NCBI GenBank assembly: GCA_965112735.1
Contig: OZ218961.1
Location: 1,054,001-1,118,000, forward strand
Length of the DNA: 64,000 bases
Reading direction: 5' to 3'
Origin: Phaeosaccion multiseriatum
Taxonomy: Eukaryota > Protista > Ochrophyta, other classes
The position numbers and the translations under genes were made by a program. Below are positions 25,663 through 36,040 of this stretch, piece after piece. Under the pieces are notes generated by a model. That model was given only the letters and a program-made list of their open reading frames with translations, searched no databases and had not been told where the DNA came from. The first letter of the stretch is position 1; every line of letters starts with the position of its first letter.

Positions 25663-26766
25663 TCAGTCCTGGCAGTTGCAGGGATGCCCATTGGCGTGCA
25701 CCCAATCCTTCATCTCTTCAAAGGTCTCGTTACTCATTTTCCATTCGTGGCCATGAGGGTACACTTCTGGATACACTCTGTCCCTGATGACCTGTGGGCA
25801 CGACATTTCGTCCCACGCACACTGCACTTGCTCCGATCGGAGCCATTTCAGCACAGCAAGGCTCTTACCGAACATGACTGCCCTCCTACAAACCTCCGAA
25901 TCCCAGTCACAGAGGTGGCGAGCATTGGCGTGGAGCAACTGCAGTACCTCGAGATGGCCCCCTCCAGCTGCACATCTAGCCCCACTACGCCAATCGTCGT
26001 GCTCATTCTCTTCCAGTAAGGCCCTTGTGGGAGGATGCTCGAGGAGCCATTTCACGACGGGGAGATGCCCGTATGCACATGCGACTATCCAATATACGTA
26101 ATCAATTTCTGCGCCAACACCGTCCGACATGAGCCACTTGAGCATCTCCAAGTGCCCTTTTCTTGCCGCCTGCAAACATACACGGGAGCCGTTCTTGGTC
26201 CATGGGCACTGCTCCTTGTCGGGAAGGTCCTCCGAGCGCAGCCACTTCAGTACGCTCAGGCCATGCTTTCTGTTCTGCGCTGCTGCCATACACACAGCTT
26301 CATCCCAGGGACAGTCCTTGCCATGGAGGGCCTTGCATACCTTGATATCCCCGTACATGGCAGCGGCCCTGAAGAGCTTCACACTCAACTCGAGCCCCCG
26401 CTGACTTGTCGCCCAATTTACGCACTCCACTGAGCTCACCACGGACGAAAAAGCTGTCTCCGCTGCTGGATACAAAGCGGTGTAGCTGGCCTTCCACTCC
26501 TCACACACACTTGCCACGAAGCAGAAATGCCCCTTTCCATCGTGCTCCAAGATAGCGCTGAGCAGCTCGGGCTGTGCCAACACCTCGTGGCAAGCTTCAA
26601 AACGCAACCCATTCCTCCCTTGATCTGAAGCAGTAGAACTGCCACCAGCACTACTCGCTGCTGCTGCTAGAAACCATCTCCTTCTCCTTCTTCTCCCCTG
26701 CTGCGTCGAGTTACGCTCCGCATCCCCATGCCCCAACGCTCTTCTCCGCTGCAGCCTCGTCTCCAT
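25663..26766 (-). CDS. Intron-free F-box-like + ankyrin-type repeat protein (CPWD / GHLExLKWL class), copy A
   Basis: 367 aa. LAQPELLSAILEH...FCFVASVCEEW F-box-like segment; repeats DCPWDEAVCMAAA, GHLEMLKWL, GHLPVVKWL, GHLEVLQLLH. Confidence 0.85.
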   Translation of the reverse strand: METRLQRRRALGHGDAERNSTQQGRRRRRRWFLAAAASSAGGSSTASDQGRNGLRFEACHEVLAQPELLSAILEHDGKGHFCFVASVCEEWKASYTALYPAAETAFSSVVSSVECVNWATSQRGLELSVKLFRAAAMYGDIKVCKALHGKDCPWDEAVCMAAAQNRKHGLSVLKWLRSEDLPDKEQCPWTKNGSRVCLQAARKGHLEMLKWLMSDGVGAEIDYVYWIVACAYGHLPVVKWLLEHPPTRALLEENEHDDWRSGARCAAGGGHLEVLQLLHANARHLCDWDSEVCRRAVMFGKSLAVLKWLRSEQVQCAWDEMSCPQVIRDRVYPEVYPHGHEWKMSNETFEEMKDWVHANGHPCNCQD

Positions 26767-27205
26767 TGTGCGTCAAGTATCAAATACGGAGAAAAAAGGG
26801 GGGAAGAGTTTTACCCCTTCTTTCCGCTTTTAGAATCTTCCTCTCTGCTGGTGAGAGCCGAAGAACTACGGAAGGGGGGGGGGAGCAGCAGCAGACGCAC
26901 GCAAGCGGAGTGGTGGAAAGTCTGATGAGTCCGCGTGGAGGGGAGGCAGCAGCCCTGAGACAGGAAAGCACTTTGCGCTGCTTCGATACTGTTTTAGGAG
27001 AGGGATGGGAGTAGGCACTTACCTTTAGCAAGAAGCCTTCACTTCTTCCCCTCCTTTCTCTCAGGAAACTCTCGAAAGAGGCGGAAAGCACGCCCACCCT
27101 CCAGAGGTACATTTAGGCCCTCAACCATTTCCTTTTTCAAATCCTTTACCTTTAAAGTGCCATCTATGGTTGTCTAAAAGTAAAAGTACAGAAATTTCTA
27201 CGCAA

Positions 27206-27445
27206 ATTGGGCCTCTGCTGTATATTATCCTTTCCCGTGGGGTAGCGCGGCGGACAGGGCAGCCCAAGCTTATCGTGACGTGCCTTCTTCCTCGGCGGTA
27301 GCGCTGGCCAAGCCCAAGCCACACAGGCATAAACAGTAACGCTCTTCGACTGGTGCTGGTGCTGTGCTCCTGTTTCTACCATGTGACATTCTCACGTTCC
27401 GCTTTCGCTAGTCTCAAGCAAGCCGGGAAGTTCAAGAAAACAAAA
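27206..27445 (+). pseudogene. Duplicated 3' end and 3' UTR of the coiled-coil/LRR gene
   Basis: Near-identical to 24101-24485 (attgggcctctg...aaacagtaacgc...cgttccgctttcgctagtctcaagcaag), with the CTG tract collapsed. Confidence 0.9.
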
Positions 27446-27828
27446 AAAACATCATAAATTGAAGCCTCGTTCCCCGTTTCATCCAGGGTCTAAGGCCTTT
27501 GCTATCAGTCGTGCCACAGCGGATCGAGCAAGGAGGATGGATGATATGATAGGTGTGCAAGTCTGCGCAGCTACCCCCATCCCCTCCGTCGGGGGCCTCT
27601 CCTTGAGCCCTGCCATACTAAGCCACGCTCCCAGCTGCCTGCATGTGGCCGCTGATGCCTCCCTTTTGACCAGCCCCGACCCAGACCCCCGGTAACAGCC
27701 CTCCGCTTGCTCACTCAATCAAGACGCCAAACTGTGCAATGGTCTAAACCCTCCCACCACCAACATGCACAGCAGAAGGTGTGTTATCTGCTCCATATGC
27801 CTCTCACCCACGCCTGCTAATTCTCCTC

Positions 27829-28926
27829 TCAGTCCTTGCAGTTGCAGGGATGCCCATTGGCGTGCACCCACTCCTTCATCTCTTCAAAGGTCTCGTTACT
27901 GATTTCCCATTCGTGGCCATGAAGGTACTCTTCTTGATACACTCTGTCCCTGATGACCTGTGGGCACGACCTTTCGTCCCACTCGCACTGAACTTCCTCC
28001 GATCGGAGCCATTTCAGCACAGCAAGACTCTTTCCCTTTATGACTGCCTTCATACAGACCTCCGCATCCCAATCACAGAGGTGGCGAGCATTGACGTGGA
28101 ATAACTGCAGTACCTCGAGACGGCCCCATCTAGCTGCCATTACAATCCCATCGCGCCATACGCCGTGCTCATTCCGTTCCAGCACGGCTCTCGTGGGAGG
28201 GTACTCGAGAAGCCATGCCAGGACGGGCATGTGCCCGACTGCACATGCGACTATCCAAGATAGAGCATTCATCTCAGCATTACCTTCTTCCGACAACAAC
28301 CACTTGAGCATCTCCAAGTGCCCTGCACCTAACACCTGCGTGCATACAAAGGAGCCGTTCCTGCTCCATGGGCACTGCTCCTTGTCGGGAAGGTCCTCCG
28401 AACGCAGCCACTTCAGTACGCTCAGGCCATGCCTCTTGTTACGCGCTGGTGCCTCACACACATTTCGATCCCAGGGACAGCCCTTGCCATGGAGGGTCTT
28501 GCATACCTCGACATCTCCGTACCGGGCAGCGGCCCTGAAGAGCTTCACGCTTAGCTCGAGGCCCTGCTGACTCGTCGCCCAGTTCAAGCACTCCACAGAG
28601 CTGACCACAGAAGTGTATGCTGTCTTCACGGCCGGATACAAAGCGGTGTAGTTGGCATTCCACGCTTTACTCACACCTACCACAAAACAAAAGTGCCCCT
28701 TCCCCACGTACTCCAACAGAACGTTGAGCAGCCCGAGCTGTGCCAAGACCTCGTGGCAAGCTTCAAAGAGCAGTCCATGCCCTTCTTCATTTGAAGCAGT
28801 AGAACAGGCACCAGCACTACTCGCTGCTGCTGGAGATTGTCCCCTGCCCCCCCCCCCCGGCTGCGTCGAGTTACGCTCCGCATCCTCATGCCTCAACGCT
28901 CTTCTCCGCTGCAGCCTCGTCTCCAT
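27829..28926 (-). CDS. Intron-free F-box-like + ankyrin-type repeat protein, copy B (tandem paralog)
   Basis: 365 aa, colinear with copy A from METRLQRRRAL to WVHANGHPCNC; flanks also homologous. Confidence 0.85.
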   Translation of the reverse strand: METRLQRRRALRHEDAERNSTQPGGGGRGQSPAAASSAGACSTASNEEGHGLLFEACHEVLAQLGLLNVLLEYVGKGHFCFVVGVSKAWNANYTALYPAVKTAYTSVVSSVECLNWATSQQGLELSVKLFRAAARYGDVEVCKTLHGKGCPWDRNVCEAPARNKRHGLSVLKWLRSEDLPDKEQCPWSRNGSFVCTQVLGAGHLEMLKWLLSEEGNAEMNALSWIVACAVGHMPVLAWLLEYPPTRAVLERNEHGVWRDGIVMAARWGRLEVLQLFHVNARHLCDWDAEVCMKAVIKGKSLAVLKWLRSEEVQCEWDERSCPQVIRDRVYQEEYLHGHEWEISNETFEEMKEWVHANGHPCNCKD

Positions 28927-29652
28927 TGTGCGTCAAGTATTAAATACAGTAGGCCCAAAAATTGATCGATCCTCTCTGCTGGTGAGAGCCGATGAACTAC
29001 GGAAGGGGAGGGGGAGCAGCAGCAGACGCGCGCAAGCGGAGTGGTGGAAAGTCTGAGGAGTCGGCGTGGAGGGGAGGCGGCAGCAGCCCTAAAACTTCGA
29101 TGCTGTTTTAGGAGAGGGATGCGCACTGGCCTGGGAGTACGCACTTACCCTTCGCGAGCAGAAGCCGTAGGCGCCTTCACTGCCCCCCCCTCCTTTTTCC
29201 CGGGAAACTGTCTCCACCCTCCGGAGGTGTTCGGCACACGCCCACACCCCTCCCCGAGGTAGGCACGCGCGGGATGGGGGATGAAAGGAATATGGAAATC
29301 ATTGAGAAACTGAAACGAATTAGGGAGGGGGGGAGCAAAAATAATTTTTGGGCCATCTGTGACTCTGCACCTGTCGCTTGGTGGCTGGCTGGCTGGTCTG
29401 GCGCCGGCCATCACCAAGAATCAGATAATCACGTCCAGGGCCTACCGTGTACCCCACCATCGGCCATTTCTCCATTTGTCCAGCTGAATCGAGCTTTCCC
29501 TCCCCATGATGGTCTCTCCTGGACCACAGCAGCCACAGCCGCGTTAGCATGTTATCATAGTGTTTTCTGCTTCGTGTGACCTTCCATATGCGCAAGGTAA
29601 GTACGGGGAAAACCCCTGGGAGATGGCATTCTATGCTAATTACATTACTACA

Positions 29653-31126
29653 TTACCACGTGTCACGGAGTATTGGTAAGGTGACGACCAGTGTGTCCCT
29701 TTTGGAGTCCCATTTGGCGTTTCCATTGGCGTCGTCTACAGGGAGGGGCAGGAAGAGAGAGAGACGACTTTTGGCAAAGCAGCGGTAGGGGGAGGAGGAG
29801 GAGGTGGTGGAGGAGGGAGGAGGGAGGAGGGGGAGGAGGAGGGGTTGGGGTCACTTAGGTGGAGGGCAAGGCTAGAGGGACGGGAGGACGGCGTGTAGCT
29901 TACGAAAGGGAAAGTGAGGAGAAGGAGGAGGAGGAGGAGGAGGAGGAGGAGGAGGAGGAGGAAGGGAGGAGGAGGAGGAGTAGGAGTAGGAGTAGGACAA
30001 AAAGACTAGGATGGAGAACCAGAGCAACTGCTCGTCGGCGAGAGATAAAGCGAGGACGGTGAGGGGAAAGAGGCAGGGCGAACCCACACCCACATAAACA
30101 TAAACACACAAACCTGAGCTCATCATCTTATCATAGAAGCTGAGACCTGATGATCCTCCCTCCCTCCCTCCCACTCCCCTCCTTCCCCCCCTCCCACTCC
30201 CTCCCTCCCTCCCTCCCTCTCACTCCCCTCCTTCCCCCCCTCCCACTCCCTCCCTCCCTCCCTCCCTCCCTCCCTCCCCCCCCCCCCACTCCCTCCCTCC
30301 CTCCCTCCCTCCCTCCCTCCCTCCCTCCCTCCTCCCCCCACTCCCTCCCTCCTTCCCTCCTTCCCCCTCTCGCTCTCTCGTCTCTTCTGACTTACAACTT
30401 TGCGGACTCAGCCTTCAAATGCTCCTTCGTAACTTCAAGATCAAGGTCCTTCATGCAACAGCCCGGGAAGTGCACCTTCACAACCATGTGGGAGCAGTCC
30501 TGCGAGCCCGGAGTCTTGTCGCCCATACCGAGGAAGATGTCCTCTGACATGACGTCTTGCTTGTATAGAATGTCATATCTGGGGGAGGGGGGGGGATGGG
30601 AGGGAAGAGGAGGGGATTGGAGGGGAGGGGAGGGGAGCGGACGGGTGGGGACGAGAGGAGAGGAGAGAGGAGGGGGAGGGGAGGGGACGGGAGGGGAGGA
30701 GAGGGGAGGAGAGGAGAGGAGAGGTTTTGGGAAGAGGAGGTGAGGAGAGGAGAGCAGAGAAGAGGAGAGGAGAGCTCTCTTATTCCGTCCACCCAGTCAG
30801 TCCTCCTAATCATCGGATCGCAAACCCTCTTCCTACGGTACTCACTCGGGTTCTTGCCTCGGATCCAGCCTGTCCTCTGCCTGATATATGGTGGGCACTT
30901 CGTCTAATGTCCAAATGTCCTTGGACGCTGCTGCTGCCACTGCCTGGTTTCCCTCCTTCCCCGCCACCACCACCTTGCCAGCTGTGATAGCCTTGCTGCT
31001 GCTCCCCCCTCCGATTGCATGGTTGGCGAAGGCGGATCTCGCCCTCTCTGATGCGCTTTGCTCTGCTGCTGTATCATCCGAGGACTGCAGCAGGCTCTGC
31101 AGGCCCATCAAGTCAAAACCGCTCAT
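29653..31126 (-). CDS. DNAAF6: Dynein axonemal assembly factor 6 (PIH1D3/Twister)
   Basis: Exons 31126-30846, 30578-30396, 29767-29653. KDIW...DPRQEPEYDILYKQDVMSEDIFLGMGDKTPGSQDC..MVVKVHFP...LPLPVDDANGNAKWDSKRDTLVVTLPI. Confidence 0.9.
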
Positions 31127-31540
31127 CTTTTGCTCTGTCACCCCCCCAAGCCCCCTATTCTATCCAAATTCTACCGTCGATCCTTCCCCTCGAGTCCTCT
31201 GAATGAGCCAAGGCACTGACGAGGGTCTCAACTCAAAGTTGCTTTGTCCCTTGAGATTTTCCTCGGCCTTCAAGCTTTTCCTTGCCCCTTGTCGAATTCC
31301 AGTAGCTTTGTGCTCAGACGCACTTCACGAGGAGGAAGAAAGAGAGGACGTGGAGGAGCAGAGAGAGAGGGAGCAGGATAGCAGCCGTGAAAAAAATTGA
31401 GCTCAACGGCTGGAGCTTGGCGTCCTTGGGCCCCCCAAAGTTGGGCTCTCCCCTAGGGGTGGACGTCGATGTCAAACCATCTTTTGAGAGCGGTCCTGCC
31501 TCCCTCCTACCCACCACACAGCGCCCCTTTACGTTTCCTG

Positions 31541-34381
31541 ATGGCGGACATAGACATGGGCAAGGTAAGGTACCGCGGCGGTGTCTTGAATGTTTCCTTC
31601 ATACTGCTGCAAGAGGAAGATTTTGCTCACCTCTCACCAATCCCCACCGCTTCCCCCCTTTGGATGAAAGAACAAAATCAGAAGAAGCAGCAGATGCAGC
31701 AGCGTTGATCGAAGCTTTCTTGCTGTGTTTATTGGTGTTTTGTAATACGCTGGCTCTCCTCTGCTTCCTCGTCTTCTCCAATCTCCTGAGATCTTCCCCA
31801 TCTGCTCAACTTGTATCCTGCCGTGCCTCCCCCTCTTCCTGCTGATAACCACTTTCTTCTTCGTCTTATCGACTTCCCTCTGCATGCTAGAGGTGTATAC
31901 ACCTTCATTGTTCACCTTGTCATCTAATCTACTCGATCTTGCTTGCTGTGCCCCCCCTTTCCCGTCCCCACATCAATCAGGAGGAGGAGGAGGGAACATC
32001 TGTGGTTGAGACTGATGCCAGCAACGCCAATGGAGACAGCGCTCCCACCACGGGAGAGAATGGACAAGACGCCTTTAGCAGCACTAATGGAGGTGGGGCA
32101 GCCGGCGAAGAGAGCAGTAGCGGAGCCGCAGAGGTACCAGAAACAGCAGGAGCAGGAGCAGGAGTGGGCGGCACCGAGGAGGAGGCTACGGATGGACAAC
32201 CATCCACCACTGAGGGTCTATCCGGCGAGCAGCAGCGGGAGGGAGGCGCGGCGGCGGACCGCGAAGCGGGGGATGCCAGTGACGGCCCCTCAAAGCGCAG
32301 GAGCAGGCCTTCTAGATCGAGATCTCGGGAGCGGGGTGGGGGGGCGGGAGAAAAGGCGTCGGGCGGGGGGAGACGAGGAGGACGGACGGCAGAGGGAGAC
32401 CTGAGCAAGGTGTTTATCGGAAATTTGAGCTACCAAACCACGGATGAGGACATTAAGAGGGACTTCGGCAAGTACGGAGAGCTCGAGTGGTATAAGGTGA
32501 TTACGGAGAGGGACTCTGGCAGACCGAGGGGCTTCGGCTTCGTCACATTCATCAAGAGAGATGTAAGTCGTCAGGTCTGAGTGGGTGGTGTAGAGGAGTT
32601 CGGCTTTGTGTACTGACCTTCCATCAAGAGGAGACGTACTAGTCTGATGTGGGAAAGCACAAGCCTGTCAGCAGAGCATCATGGATGTGTTTTGTCAAGC
32701 TGGAAGAAGCCCCCTTTCTCCTCTTCGCTGTGGCCTGCCCTTTACTCCATCCTTGCCGCCCACCTCTTGCCACCACTTTGCTGGTTGGTCCTGCCTCAAA
32801 CCCATCCCCCGTCCCCACACACACATCACATACACCTCTTCTCTCCGATTGTCACCTACCTTTCCTCACCGCAACCCCTTTCCTTTCCTTTCCTTTCCTT
32901 TGCTTTACTTTGCTTTGCTCATGCAGGATGCAGAGGCTGCCATCAAGGCTTTTAACAACCAAGAGTACCTTGGCCGCACCATCAAGTGCAACATTGCGCT
33001 TCCTGCCGGAGAGGCCCCTCCTCGCCGAGGAGGGAGGGGTATGGACGACAATAGGGGCGGCTACGGCGGCTCCGGCGGTTACGGCGGTTACAGCGGTTAC
33101 GCCAGCAGGGACAGCAGAGGCGGCGGTGGGGGTGGTGGCATGGGCGGGTATAACGGCAGGGACAGCAGGAGCGGTGGGGGTGGGCACGGGTACAGCAGCG
33201 GGGGATATGATAGAGACAGCCGAGGCGGGGGAGGGGGCGGTTACGCCAGCAGATCATCCGGCGGCGGTTACGGAGGCTCTGGGGGTGGCGGCTATGCTGG
33301 GGGAGACTATGACCGTCGAGGAGGAGGAGGAGGAGGAGGAGGAGGAGGAGGTGGGGGCTCGCGCGGGGGTTACGATGATAGGGGGCTGGACAGCCGGGGA
33401 GGAGGAGGAGGGGGGGGGGGGTACGGTGGACTGTCGAGGGGAGGAAGTGGTGATGGCTACAGTGCGGGAGGAGGAGGAGGTGGTGGATACAGTGGTGGTG
33501 GAGGGGGGTATAGTGGTGGAGGAGGCGGCGGAGGAGGAAGCTATTCAGCAGGAGGAGGGAGTCAGCAGGGATACAGTAGAGGAGGAGGAGGAGGAGGAGG
33601 AGGAGGACGAGGAGGAGGAGTGGGCGGGGGGAGCATCGGAGGAGGGGGAGGGGGCTATGAAAGCAGGAAGTCGTACGGTTCCGAGCCCCACCGCGGGGGC
33701 AGTCTCGGTGATAGTGGGAGTCGTGGTGGTGTAGCCCCTTACGAGTCTTCAAGGGGCGGGTCTTTGTCTGGCGGCGGCGGCGTCAGTGGTGGTGGTGGAT
33801 ATGGAGGAGGATATGGCGGGGAGAGTAGACGAGGAGGAGGCTACAGTGATGGAGCGTCAAGAGGGGCTCCTGTGGGTGGAGCGAGGGAGACGTCGTACGG
33901 AAGCGTCGGAGGAGGGAGAGACAGTGGGTATGCTGGCGGAAGTCGAGGTGGAAGTGGAGGGGTGGGGGGGAGCTCCTCTTACTACAATGAAGGGGCCGCG
34001 GGGGGGGCTAGTGGTGGATACGCGTCCATCCCTGCCAGAGGAGGAGGAGGAGGAGGAGGAGGAGGGACTCGCTACGCAGATGCACCAAGGGAAGAGAGGG
34101 CGTACACGGATTCTCGCGGAGGGTATCCGAGTCGAGGAGGAGGAGGAGGAGGAGGAGGAGGGCGTGACTATGCTAGCCAAGGAGCGGGCTACGGGGGAAG
34201 TGGAGGAGGGGGGTACCGATCGGCAGCCCCAGCACCAGCAGCAGCACCAGCAGCAGCAGCAGGAGGAGGAGGAGGAGGAGGGATGTACGCTTCGTCTGGG
34301 GCCCTTGGTGGCGCCCCTTCTGCGGGGGGAAGGCATGCAATTCAGGACGATCGCTATGCAGCCAGACGAGGGTACGAGTAG
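31541..34381 (+). CDS. Glycine-rich RNA-binding protein (single RRM plus long RGG/GY tail)
   Basis: Exons 31541-31564 (inferred), 31981-32562, 32927-34381. RNP2 VFIGNL, RNP1 RGFGFVTF, then DAEAAIKAFN. Confidence 0.88.
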
Positions 34382-35782
34382 GCTGTAAGGCCAGAGGGCA
34401 GTCGGAAGATGGCAGCACACGGGTCACAGGCTGAGCAAGCCACAGGCGGCCGTTCACGCACGCGCACGCACGTACGTACGCACGCACACACGCACGCACA
34501 CACGCGGCGTTCATGGAGGACACGGATATCGACTGCTAAGGCGCAGTTGAATGAGGAGAGGGGGGTGAGAGGGTTGGGCTGGTGGTGAGGACACTGGATT
34601 GATGAAGGGAGGCGGAGAAGGGAAGGGAGGAGGACTATTGACTGTGTGGTAAGGTCGCGGAAAGGAGGGGAGAGAGCAGCAGAGGGACGTGACAGATTTG
34701 AGGTTTTGCAAGTGAAGCTTGGGACGAAGGGGAAGAAAGAAGAAAGAGGAGCCAAGTTGACGGAAGAAGATGTTAGGAATGATTGACAGCCGTGAGAGAG
34801 AGAGAAGTGCAGCAGAATGCTTCGGAGTTTTGTTAACGTGAATGCTGCTGGGGGGGGCTTCTTCCTTCCAGCGAGAGCTTGGGTGGCGAAGAGAGCGAGC
34901 AGAGGGACACAGACACAGGCAAATGGATGAATGGGCTGATTGATTGATTGATTGAGTGAGTGATTGACGACGTGTTCAGTTTCAGAGAGAGAAGGAAGCT
35001 TTTTTTTAATCGGACCTGATTTGACGAAAATGAGGCGACGGGGAAGCGCACGAACGACGAAAGACAAGAGACAGAGAGAGATAGACAAACAAGCAGGCAA
35101 CGGCGGATCAAGTGGAGAAGTGTTCCACTCTTCGACTCCAATCTTGGACTCTGCGCCTCAGCTGTCAGCTCTCAGCGTTGGTTCATTACCCTCCTGTCAG
35201 TCCATTGCATCAGCTCCAAGTATGTCTTTCTTCCCGCCAGCCGCCAATAGCCCCCCCCCACACGCACACCCCCCCACCAGACGAGAGAAGGCAGCAGATG
35301 ACAGAAGAGAAGGCTGTGGACAGACAGGGCCACTATGCACACAGATCGAGCAAGGCAGTAGAAGCACGCACGAGCGGCCTTGTGGTTTGTACGCCGAGCA
35401 CGCAAAGCAGAGCAGAGCACGGGCGGCGAGTGTTTGAGTTTGAGTGTCCAGGGCAGCACCAGCGGCAAGCAGTGTGAGGTGAAGCAGAGTGCAGCGTGCA
35501 CAGGCGGTTGTCAGTGTCAGTGTCAGTGTCAGTGTCAGTGCCGATAGGGCACGTCTTCACCTTATTACCTCTACAGAAGAATGGGCCGGGTGGGCACGCA
35601 CGCACGCACCCACAGACCCCACGCACTCACAGCAGCAGCGCGACTGCGTGGGTCAGGGGCACAGGACAGCCTGCGCGTCTGTGTAAGGGGTGTCAGGACT
35701 CCTTGGAGACCGCTCCCTTTCCTCCTGGCGGCCACGGCGACAGCTCTGCCCAAGCACCTTGGTGTGGGCAGGCAGGTACGCG

Positions 35783-35943
35783 GGTAGGTAGGTAGGTAGG
35801 TAGGTAGGTAGGTAGGTGGGTATGTAGGTAGGTAGGTAGGTAGGTAGGTAGGTAGGTAGGTAGGTAGGTAGGTAGGTAGGTTGGTAGGTAGGTAGGTAGG
35901 TAGGTAGGTAGGTAGGTAGGTAGGCAGGTAGGTAGGTAGGTAG
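35783..35943. repeat. (GGTA)n microsatellite
   Basis: About 40 near-perfect ggta units. Confidence 0.95.
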
Positions 35944-36040
35944 CCTCCCTCTGATGGCTCCGTCCTCCCTTGCCCCCGAGCCAATGTTTGAGTTCAGGCA
36001 ATCATTTTTTTTTTTTAATTTAGCCAGTACCTGGTGTTGG

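Noticed and set aside
30120-30146. Candidate last exon of DNAAF6
   Set aside because: It gives an immediate stop (LSQLL*); the exon at 29767-29653 supplies the conserved AKWD...LVVTLPI end.
35330-36040. Further coding exons of the 877-aa gene
   Set aside because: The ORF already stops at 36041; downstream splice-like signals give no convincing protein.
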